NCBI GenBank assembly: GCA_019058445.1
Contig: JAHPZA010000004.1
Coordinates: 32,001 to 96,000 of the forward strand
From: Promethearchaeota archaeon
GTDB taxonomy: Archaea > Asgardarchaeota > Lokiarchaeia > Sigyniarchaeales > SOKP01
DNA: 64,000 nt
Direction: 5' to 3'
Each line of letters starts with the position of its first letter. Position 1 is the first letter of the stretch. Positions 18,648-26,552 of this stretch are shown here, one piece after another. The notes below the pieces were generated by a model, which was not told the DNA's origin, made no database searches, and was given only the letters and a program-made list of their open reading frames with translations. Both the position numbers and the translations under genes were made by a program.

Positions 18648-19820
18648 ATGACCATTGACTTAGATGAGTATTATAAAATCATTCGAAACTGCAGTAAATG
18701 TGCCATGTGTCGTAATATGTCACCTTGGGAAATGCAGAGTAAGGAATTTAAGGATATATGTCCGAGTGGAACAAGATTTCTTTTTGAAGCGTATTTTGCT
18801 CCCGGAAAAATGGAACTCGCCCGGGCATTATTAGACAATGAAATTCAATATTCAGATCGTTTAGAACATATATTATTTGCATGTCCTTTATGCGGGGGGT
18901 GTCAGGCACAGTGTGAGGAGGTAAATATCATTAATCCCCTTGATGTAATGCAAGAATTAAGAAAAAGATATGTTGAAGCAAAAGGGCCTATACCGGCTCA
19001 TGCGAAATTTGCCGAAAGTATAAAAGAGTTGCATAATCCTTATAATGAACCTCATGAAAAGAGATTAGATTGGATTCCTGAAAATATAAATCTCAAGGAA
19101 GATGCTAAAATTGCTTATTTTGTGGGATGTACTTCCTCCTATAGAAGGGAAGAAATTGCGAAAGCAACGGCAAATGTGTTAAATTCATTAGGGGTTGAGT
19201 TTAATATCCTCCATCCAAATGAATGGTGTTGTGGCAGTCCATTATTTATGACAGGGCAAATTGATGCTGGAAAAGAAATGATGAAACATAATTTAGAAGT
19301 GATAAATGAAAAGAGAATTGAAACCTTAGTTTTTTCTTGTGCGGGATGTTATAAAACATTTAAGGAAACGTATCCGCAATTTGTCGGAGACTTAAATTTC
19401 AAAGTCTTTCATTTTACTGAATTTTTATCAGATTATTTCACCAAACACAAGATAGAACTTAAGCCTTACCCTAAAAGTATCACATATCACGATCCCTGTC
19501 ATTTAGGACGGCATTCTAAAGTATATGAAGCACCAAGAGAAGTCCTAACACAAGTACCGGGAATTAAATTAGTGGAAATGGAGAGAATTAAGGAAAATGC
19601 ATGGTGCTGTGGAGCAGGAGCAGGAGTATCATCAGCATATAAAGAATTTGCTTACTGGACTGCATCAGAAAGATTAAAAGAAGCAGAATCTACTGGTGCA
19701 GAAATTTTAACGACATCCTGTCCCTTTTGTATTACAAATTTCCTTGAAGCATCTAAAATGACTAATTGTTCATTTGAAATTATTCCCTTAATTAAAATTA
19801 TTGAGGAGAGTGTTAAATAA
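18648..19820 (+). CDS. Fe-S/CCG-domain oxidoreductase (GlcF/HdrD-like)
   Basis: CSKCAMC, CPLCGGC, WCCG twice, YHDPCHLGR. Strong GGAGGTGA RBS. Confidence 0.9.
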   Translation: MTIDLDEYYKIIRNCSKCAMCRNMSPWEMQSKEFKDICPSGTRFLFEAYFAPGKMELARALLDNEIQYSDRLEHILFACPLCGGCQAQCEEVNIINPLDVMQELRKRYVEAKGPIPAHAKFAESIKELHNPYNEPHEKRLDWIPENINLKEDAKIAYFVGCTSSYRREEIAKATANVLNSLGVEFNILHPNEWCCGSPLFMTGQIDAGKEMMKHNLEVINEKRIETLVFSCAGCYKTFKETYPQFVGDLNFKVFHFTEFLSDYFTKHKIELKPYPKSITYHDPCHLGRHSKVYEAPREVLTQVPGIKLVEMERIKENAWCCGAGAGVSSAYKEFAYWTASERLKEAESTGAEILTTSCPFCITNFLEASKMTNCSFEIIPLIKIIEESVK

Positions 19821-21379
19821 TGGTTGAGTTAAAATTGTCTGATTTACATCCAGAAGTGTATTCAAAATTGGAGAAAATTGTTGGAAAAGAGAATATTTCT
19901 GATGACCCTTCAATTCTAATAGTGCACTCACGTGATCAGTCTCCTTTTGCTAATTTAAAGCCTACTCCTCCAGAATTCGTAGTTTTGCCTGAAAGCACAG
20001 AGCAGATTCAAGAAATTATGAAGGTGTCAAATGAATATAAAATTCCTGTCGTAGTTCAAAATACAGGTGTTAATGTTGCGGGTTGTTGCGTTCCCTCTGA
20101 AATCGGTTCGATCTTAGTTCATCTGAGACGTTTAAATCATATCATTGAGATTGATAATCGTAATATGTTTGCAACTGTCCAACCTCACGTGAATTACGCT
20201 GAATTGCAAGCAGAAACCATGAAAAAGGGTTTATGGCTTCCTGCTCCCGCGGCACCTTCTACTGTAGGAATTATATCTAATATGTTGTATTGTGGAATGT
20301 CTTGGTGTATGGTTAAATATGGATACGAAAGACGCGCAATTATTTCAATGACGTGGGTTACTCCCGAGGGAAAATTAATAAAAACGGGGTCTCCTTCTTT
20401 AAAAGATTTAGGACATTTCTGGTGGAACGGACCCGGACCAGATTTAAAGGGCTTATTGATAGGCAGTGTTGGGGAATTAGGGATTTGTACCGAAATGACA
20501 GTGAAATTATTTCCATGGGTGGGGGGCGCGAAATTAAGGTTAGAAGAACCTCCTGAGAACACAAAATTTTTCATTATTTCTTATAGGTCTGGTGAGAAGA
20601 TGCTCCTAGGATTGCAAGAATTAGGGCGGGCCGATATCGCCACAATAGTTACTAGGATGCCAATGGAATGGTCGATCTTAGGTATGCCAAAATCTTACGA
20701 AAAATCTAAAGAATTGTGGAATAATAAAGAGCAATTAAAAACATTTCTTCAATATAATATATTCGTTTGTTTACAAGCAATAACTTCTCACAAACAACTT
20801 GCATATGGGGAAAAAGTAATCAAGCAAATTGCTAAAGAAACAAATGGGTTGGTTTTTAATCCAGAGATGCTCCAAAAAATACGTCCAAAAAATATGGAAG
20901 GGATTCAACAGGAAGGAATGTTTAATGAATTCTTTAGAGCTAAAATATCCCCTCGAATTATGCGATTTAAAGGGGGGTTTATGCCCGCGTTTTTTCCTCA
21001 AGAGCCTATAATAAATTCTCTTAAGTCTGAAAATTTGATGGAAGAAACGCTCAAAGAATTTCCAATTTATCCACATGATCTTTATAGCAGCTGTGTAGTT
21101 CCGGTAGATATGGGACATTTTGGTTTACATGAATTAGATATTTTCTATGATCAAAACTCTCCAGAAGAATTAAAGGCAACCTTAGAATTTGCTGGTAAAG
21201 TACAAAAACTCGCCCAATCACAACACAATACGTGGCCTGCTCATAATGAGTGGAAATCATACCACTGGGACGTAGTGAAAGAGATACCAGAATTTAAAAT
21301 TCAGAAATTAATAACTGAAAAAGTTAAAAATTTATTTGATCCGAATAAAATAATGAATCCCGGTAAATGGTTAAAATAA
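19820..21379 (+). CDS. FAD-binding oxidoreductase (GlcD/VAO superfamily)
   Basis: HLRRLNHIIEID, GPGPDLKGL, GELGICT, DPNKIMNPG. TAATG overlap with the previous gene. Confidence 0.88.
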   Translation: MVELKLSDLHPEVYSKLEKIVGKENISDDPSILIVHSRDQSPFANLKPTPPEFVVLPESTEQIQEIMKVSNEYKIPVVVQNTGVNVAGCCVPSEIGSILVHLRRLNHIIEIDNRNMFATVQPHVNYAELQAETMKKGLWLPAPAAPSTVGIISNMLYCGMSWCMVKYGYERRAIISMTWVTPEGKLIKTGSPSLKDLGHFWWNGPGPDLKGLLIGSVGELGICTEMTVKLFPWVGGAKLRLEEPPENTKFFIISYRSGEKMLLGLQELGRADIATIVTRMPMEWSILGMPKSYEKSKELWNNKEQLKTFLQYNIFVCLQAITSHKQLAYGEKVIKQIAKETNGLVFNPEMLQKIRPKNMEGIQQEGMFNEFFRAKISPRIMRFKGGFMPAFFPQEPIINSLKSENLMEETLKEFPIYPHDLYSSCVVPVDMGHFGLHELDIFYDQNSPEELKATLEFAGKVQKLAQSQHNTWPAHNEWKSYHWDVVKEIPEFKIQKLITEKVKNLFDPNKIMNPGKWLK

Positions 21380-21399
21380 AATAAAAATTACAAAAAATT

Positions 21400-21831
21400 T
21401 TATTTTTTATGTTTTGGCTTCAAATTTTGAGCAATATAATATCCAATTAGAAAAACAGCTGTTAATGGAATTCGAATAGCATATGATTGAATTAGTCCAT
21501 TTAATGTTAAAAAAGTATTTCCTGCACTAAATAATAATAGATCATATACCATTCCCATTATAATAACGGGAAAAGCAGTCATTAGTAATAAGTCTTTTCT
21601 CTCAATAGGTTTTTGATCACCCCAAATAAGTAGAATAGTCCATCCAATCATAAGACCCGTTCCATGGCGTAAAGCAAGTTTGGCCTGATCTGAAGGATAT
21701 AATAACTCTAGATATACATAAGTATTAAAAACCATATATAATGTCATATCTATCGCCATCAAGGCATCTAATACTGCTCCAAGCCAATAGCAAAATCTAA
21801 CAAATATTATTTTACTTTTTTCTGAATTCAT
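21400..21831 (-). CDS. Small 4-TM membrane protein, tandem paralog 4
   Basis: RFCYWLGAVLD and GWTILLIWGDQKPIER motifs. ATG 21831 overlaps the upstream TGA (ATGA). Confidence 0.75.
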   Translation of the reverse strand: MNSEKSKIIFVRFCYWLGAVLDALMAIDMTLYMVFNTYVYLELLYPSDQAKLALRHGTGLMIGWTILLIWGDQKPIERKDLLLMTAFPVIIMGMVYDLLLFSAGNTFLTLNGLIQSYAIRIPLTAVFLIGYYIAQNLKPKHKK

Positions 21832-22280
21832 TGTAGATCTCCATCGTTCCATTTGGAGTTTATCTTCTTCAATTGATTTGCTATAATAAACCCAATTAGC
21901 ATTAGAATCATTAAAATCATCTGAATGATAAATGATATTAAATTAGTTCCCAATGAACTCGATTTATTTCCTAACAACAGCAGGACTAAGTCAAGAAGTA
22001 TGCCTAGCAATAGTAGAGGTAGCGCTGTGAATATTAAGATAATTCTTCTTTCTACTGGTTTTTGAACCGCCCAGATTAATAGAATTGTCCATCCAATTAC
22101 AAGCGGAATCACTTGTCTTGCTAAAAATTGAGTTATAGGTGTTAAAGTAGGATATTGCAAATATATTGTTGTACCAAATAAAACATATAATAACAAATCA
22201 CCTGCTAACAGCGCGTCTAAAATTGCAGCTAACCAATAACAAAATCGTATAAATAACATTCTTTTTTGTTTAGATTCCAC
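21828..22280 (-). CDS. Small 4-TM membrane protein, tandem paralog 3
   Basis: RFCYWLAAILD and GWTILLIWAVQKPVER motifs. Confidence 0.75.
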   Translation of the reverse strand: MESKQKRMLFIRFCYWLAAILDALLAGDLLLYVLFGTTIYLQYPTLTPITQFLARQVIPLVIGWTILLIWAVQKPVERRIILIFTALPLLLLGILLDLVLLLLGNKSSSLGTNLISFIIQMILMILMLIGFIIANQLKKINSKWNDGDLQ

Positions 22281-22301
22281 TTATAATTTCACTTCCTCTT
22301 T

Positions 22302-22715
22302 TTAACTTTGACTTTCTTTTAATGCCAAATAAAAACAAATGATATAATAGACTGCAAATATTACTCGCTGTATAGTATAGCCTAACATCATTTCAAAAGC
22401 TATTAATTCGAAATTAAAAGCTAGCATCGTGGAAATCTGTAATCCAAAAACAGGTATTAATGTAAGCAGAAACATATCTCTTCGTTCGATTGGTTTTCGA
22501 TCGGCCCATATTAATAGAAAAGTCCATGCAAACACTAAAGAAGCTGCTAGACACATCGCATATTGATATTGAATCCCTCCTAGAATCGAAAGGCCTAATC
22601 CCGTAAAAGGTGACTGAGTGCCCATAAATGCCGAAAAAAACATTTCAATACCTAAAAGAGCATCTCCTAAAGCACCATACCAATAGCCTATCCTTATTAT
22701 CAATTTTTTATTCAT
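22302..22715 (-). CDS. Small 4-TM membrane protein, tandem paralog 2
   Basis: RIGYWYGALGD and AWTFLLIWADRKPIER motifs. Confidence 0.75.
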   Translation of the reverse strand: MNKKLIIRIGYWYGALGDALLGIEMFFSAFMGTQSPFTGLGLSILGGIQYQYAMCLAASLVFAWTFLLIWADRKPIERRDMFLLTLIPVFGLQISTMLAFNFELIAFEMMLGYTIQRVIFAVYYIICFYLALKESQS

Positions 22716-22737
22716 AACTTATCATCTTCATTTTTAC

Positions 22738-23121
22738 TTATTTCTCTAAATTTAAACTGATATAATAACTAATTAACAAAGGAGGCATTATTGCGACTAC
22801 TTGAAATAGCCATATATTTGCTAATCCAGTAAAATCGACTAATATTTCAGTTAGAATTAAACCTGAAACGACGGGAAATGCCGTTAACAGCAAAACACCG
22901 TTTCTTTCAATTGGTTTTAAACTCCCCCAGAATAGCAGGCCAGTCCATCCAAGCATTAATGCAGCAGCCCAGCCCATGGCAAATTGGTAATCCATAGATG
23001 AGCTGGAATAGGGTATAATCATGGTTTTCGTATATATCGAAATTACCATCAAAATACCCATTAAACCGTCTAAAAATGTACCATACCAATACACTCCTCT
23101 TATAAAACGCTTTTTATCCAT
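22738..23121 (-). CDS. Small 4-TM membrane protein, tandem paralog 1
   Basis: RGVYWYGTFLD and GWTGLLFWGSLKPIER motifs. Confidence 0.75.
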   Translation of the reverse strand: MDKKRFIRGVYWYGTFLDGLMGILMVISIYTKTMIIPYSSSSMDYQFAMGWAAALMLGWTGLLFWGSLKPIERNGVLLLTAFPVVSGLILTEILVDFTGLANIWLFQVVAIMPPLLISYYISLNLEK

Positions 23122-23137
23122 TTTTTAAACCTTCCTT

Positions 23138-23644
23138 TTAATTTTTATTTTTATGATTCATTAAAGATTTAATATAGTCTGAGTCAATTTGCGTTCTTAA
23201 TAAATCAGATTGACCAATAGATATTGTATTTCCATTAATATGAGAAATCTTAGCTGTAGCATGAATCACGCTTCGACCTTCTCGTATGACTTTAGCATTC
23301 ACTCTAATTTTATCTCCTACTTTTGCCTTTCCTAAGTAATTAATTTGTAAATTAATTGAGATTGAAAAGCTTTCAAGGCCTAAAGTTGCAACTGTGATTC
23401 CAATTATATCATCCATAAGAGTACACTGCATGCCTCCATGTAATAAACCCAGAGGATTTGTCATTTCTGGTTGAGTAATAAATTCTACTTCAACCTCTCC
23501 TCGCTCAGCTGATACTATTTTTCCATTAAAAGCTGAAGTTACCATTGGAGATTTATGAACATTGGGCATAGTTCTACCTATTACAGATTTTAATAGGCCT
23601 AGAATTTGTTCAGATTTGTTTTTCTTATCTTTTATATCAGACAT
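23138..23644 (-). CDS. PaaI-family (hotdog-fold) thioesterase
   Basis: NPLGLLHGG...LMD motif. Confidence 0.9.
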   Translation of the reverse strand: MSDIKDKKNKSEQILGLLKSVIGRTMPNVHKSPMVTSAFNGKIVSAERGEVEVEFITQPEMTNPLGLLHGGMQCTLMDDIIGITVATLGLESFSISINLQINYLGKAKVGDKIRVNAKVIREGRSVIHATAKISHINGNTISIGQSDLLRTQIDSDYIKSLMNHKNKN

Positions 23645-23684
23645 TTTGTTTCTAACAAAGATGTTTTTTTTTATATTAATATTT

Positions 23685-23715
23685 TTTTAATATTAATAAT
23701 TTATTAATATTAAAA
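23685..23715. promoter_or_regulatory. 15-bp perfect inverted repeat, candidate PadR operator
   Basis: TTTTAATATTAATAA-T-TTATTAATATTAAAA between divergent genes. AT-only, so less specific. Confidence 0.45.
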
Positions 23716-23760
23716 TATTTATAATATATAAAGATTTGTAATTAAATATAATCTTAAGAA

Positions 23761-24699
23761 GTGAGATATATGACAGTTAAAAAAGACCAATTTTTTAAGA
23801 AAATCACAAGAGCTGCCGCCGAATTTACAATTCTTTCGATTTTAGCAGAGAAAGGTGTAGCTCATCCCTATGAAATTCAAGAATTAGTTCAAGATGAACT
23901 TCTTAAAAAATATCGATTTCAAATTGAAAGTATTAAATCATTTATAGAAATTTCGGAAGCGATTATTTCTAACTTTAATGATCCGAAACATCAAAAGCAG
24001 AAAGATGTTAATCAAATTTTAAAAGGGACTAAAGATCCTCTCTTTGGCCATTTTGGAAAGATTTTTTTAGGAAAGGTAAAAGATAATAAGGATTTATTAC
24101 TTGATTTGGAACAGCTTAAAGAGGATGCGAAGAGCATACTAATTCGGAGGGGATCTGAATTAAAAATATGGGAACATATTCATTCAATTTACCAAGTAAT
24201 AAAAGAATTGAAAGAAAGAGAATTGATTGAAGAAGCTAGAACTGAGACAATTAAGGGGCGCACCAGAAAACTTTATAGAATTACAGATAGAGGAAGAAAT
24301 GAAGCTTTAAAAATGATTATTTTATTTGCAGATTTGAATCAAGTTATCATACCAAAAGCATTAATTTTTCAGGATAATTTAAATATTTTATTTCAAACGC
24401 ATTTAGATATCCTTTTTCAAATATTTAATAAAATTTTTCCTAATAAATCGATCTTTGATATTTTGCATGAAATAGAATCTTCTTTTCCTCAAGTTCAAAA
24501 AACGTTTGAAGGACTATTTCCATTATTAGATAACGATTTGTTGCTAATTTCCCTTTTATTAGAAGATTTCATTACCTCAGAGAGCATAAATCTAGCAGAA
24601 TTATCACCTAATCAACAACAATTATTTAAACACCTACTATTGAACCACCTTAAAAAACACCGTAAAAAATTAGATGATGTTATAAAAAATCTGGAATAA
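23761..24699 (+). CDS. PadR-family transcriptional regulator with internal insertion
   Basis: 'ILSILAEKGVAHPYEI' and 'SIYQVIKELKERELIE...RTRKLYRITDRG' are separated by a long insert. Confidence 0.75.
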   Translation: MRYMTVKKDQFFKKITRAAAEFTILSILAEKGVAHPYEIQELVQDELLKKYRFQIESIKSFIEISEAIISNFNDPKHQKQKDVNQILKGTKDPLFGHFGKIFLGKVKDNKDLLLDLEQLKEDAKSILIRRGSELKIWEHIHSIYQVIKELKERELIEEARTETIKGRTRKLYRITDRGRNEALKMIILFADLNQVIIPKALIFQDNLNILFQTHLDILFQIFNKIFPNKSIFDILHEIESSFPQVQKTFEGLFPLLDNDLLLISLLLEDFITSESINLAELSPNQQQLFKHLLLNHLKKHRKKLDDVIKNLE

Positions 24700-24813
24700 A
24701 TAAATTTCACTTAAATTTTGCCACAAAATTCAAAAATTTATAATTGCTCTAATTTTAATACCATTATTTAGAGTAAAGATTTTAAAAGGAAAGAGTTTAG
24801 ATTGTAAAAAATT

Positions 24814-25578
24814 TTAACCTACGTTTTGTTTTTCAAATTTTTCCCAGAAATAAAATAAAATATATTTTCCAACAAGATATGCCAGTAAAATGCCTGCGAT
24901 TTCGTCTATAATATAATGTTGTTTTATGAATAGGGTAGAAAGTATTACACCAATAGCAATGATGAAAGTCGCTATTGCTATAGTTTTAGTAATCACATGG
25001 GGTTTGATTTTATAATATCGATACCAAGCATAAAAGATAATTGTAGATATTGAAGCGTGGAGACTAGGAAAACAATTAAAAGAAGTATCAGTGTGATAAA
25101 TGTTATAGACCTGATCGGCCCAAAAATTACCTCTTATTTTATGAGCTAAAAGTTCTTGTCTATACCAATAAGTTGATACAGGGAAAAAAATGTAAATAAT
25201 GATTGAAAGAGCATTTATTATCACTAATGCCCAGCCAAGCGCTACACCCTTTTCTGATTCTATAAATGCAAAAAAGATCATAGAGATTATAACCATAGGA
25301 TAGAATAAAAACAAATAAAAAATTACCATTTCTGGGACAAATGGAATTAAATCATCAAGACCGAAAAATATAAAATCCAAATGATAACCTGTCCCTTCTG
25401 GATATAAACTACCTGTCCAGTTATATAGAATTGTATTTAAAATTAGATAAAACAAAACCAACATTAAAAATAAATTTACTAGAATATATGTGATTCTTTT
25501 ACTCCAAAGAGTGGATTTTCCCTTAAAAAATATTTTTTCAATCCCATTTTGTATTTTATCATGAATTTTTATAAGCAT
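24814..25578 (-). CDS. PAP2-superfamily membrane phosphatase/phosphotransferase (Aur1/IPC-synthase-like)
   Basis: NCFPSLH and KQHYIID motifs, about 6 TMs. Confidence 0.8.
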   Translation of the reverse strand: MLIKIHDKIQNGIEKIFFKGKSTLWSKRITYILVNLFLMLVLFYLILNTILYNWTGSLYPEGTGYHLDFIFFGLDDLIPFVPEMVIFYLFLFYPMVIISMIFFAFIESEKGVALGWALVIINALSIIIYIFFPVSTYWYRQELLAHKIRGNFWADQVYNIYHTDTSFNCFPSLHASISTIIFYAWYRYYKIKPHVITKTIAIATFIIAIGVILSTLFIKQHYIIDEIAGILLAYLVGKYILFYFWEKFEKQNVG

Positions 25579-25788
25579 TCACCATGAATTATAATAAAAC
25601 TCAAATCAAAATTCAATAATTCTATATTTAAACTTAATTCATATAAATTAAATAGACTAAAAAAGAAAATTTGAATAGAATAAGACTATCTGTTGTGCTA
25701 TAAAAGTATTATTATTTTAATTTTTGACAACATAAAAAGTTAAATTTTCAACTAGAAAATTCAAAAAAGAGATTAATTTCTAATATTT

Positions 25789-26181
25789 ATGCCTTTAGTT
25801 AGAGTAGAGATTTTAAAAGGAAAAAGCTCAGAATATAAAAGAGCCATACTAAATGGAATTCATGCCGCTTTAAAAGAAGCTTTAAAAATCCCCGATTATG
25901 ATAGAACACAACGATTATATGAGCTCGATAAATCTAACTTCGAAATTCATAGACAAAGATCAGAAAACTATACAATAATCGAAATAACCATGTTTAGAGG
26001 TCGAAGTCTCGAAGCGAAAAGAAAGCTATATTCAGAAATTGTGAAGAATCTAAAATGTGCCCCAGGAATCGATGGAATGGATATTGTAATTGTTGTACAT
26101 GAGCCTAAATTAGAGAATTGGGGTATTCGAGGAGGAAAACTTCCAAATGAGGCGGGATTAGAATTTAAAATCGAAGTCTAA
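25789..26181 (+). CDS. Tautomerase superfamily protein
   Basis: N-terminal catalytic Pro (MPLVRVEI), 'GRSLEAKRKLY' and 'ENWGIRGG'. Confidence 0.88.
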   Translation: MPLVRVEILKGKSSEYKRAILNGIHAALKEALKIPDYDRTQRLYELDKSNFEIHRQRSENYTIIEITMFRGRSLEAKRKLYSEIVKNLKCAPGIDGMDIVIVVHEPKLENWGIRGGKLPNEAGLEFKIEV

Positions 26182-26345
26182 CAATTAATTTTTTTTTTTA
26201 AATTATAGCATTAGTTTTTAATCCAATCTGATTGATAGTAAATAGATCTTATCTATTATCGGAAAGAATGGTCAGAAAACAAAAAGTTTTTAACATATGA
26301 GATTATTTTTTTTTATAATTAACAACTACATTGGGAATAAAAAAA

Positions 26346-26459
26346 ATGAAAACGCTTCGAAAAAGCATTACTTTTGATATAAAAATAAGTTTGAGGCGAA
26401 TTTCTTCCCTAGTCTTGTTGTTAAGTTTATTAGATCTACTTTTATTATTATTACTTTAA
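26346..26459 (+). CDS. Leucine-rich leader peptide (37 aa) of leuA
   Basis: MKTLRKSITFDIKISLRRISSLVLLLSLLDLLLLLLL*. 15 Leu in total, 13 in the last 16 codons. Ends 93 nt before the leuA ATG. Below the ORF-track length cutoff. Confidence 0.8.
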   Translation: MKTLRKSITFDIKISLRRISSLVLLLSLLDLLLLLLL

Positions 26460-26516
26460 GCCTCGTCTCGTTTTATAATATTTGAGGTCTTTGATCTCTT
26501 ATAAACGTGGTGGGGC
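26460..26516 (+). promoter_or_regulatory. Long RNA hairpin in the leuA leader (putative attenuator switch)
   Basis: GCCUCGUC(26460-67) pairs with GGUGGGGC(26509-16). CGUUU(U)AUAA pairs with UUAUAAACG, and GAGGUC-UUU-GAUCUC forms the apical stem. GC-rich island in an AT-rich spacer. Confidence 0.65.
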
Positions 26517-26552
26517 GTTGTAATATAAATAAATCAAATTAGGTAATTTAAA

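Noticed and set aside
12447-19820. CCG proteins as methanogenic heterodisulfide reductase
   Set aside because: They are paired with GlcD/VAO-type flavoproteins and no hdrA/hdrE or mcr genes are present.
26346-26459. Leader ORF read as a chance product of T-rich DNA or as a small membrane peptide
   Set aside because: Four different Leu codons with no Phe, Tyr or Ile in the run, an internal Asp, an abutting GC-rich hairpin and its position before leuA make chance or a TM role less likely. Not formally excluded.
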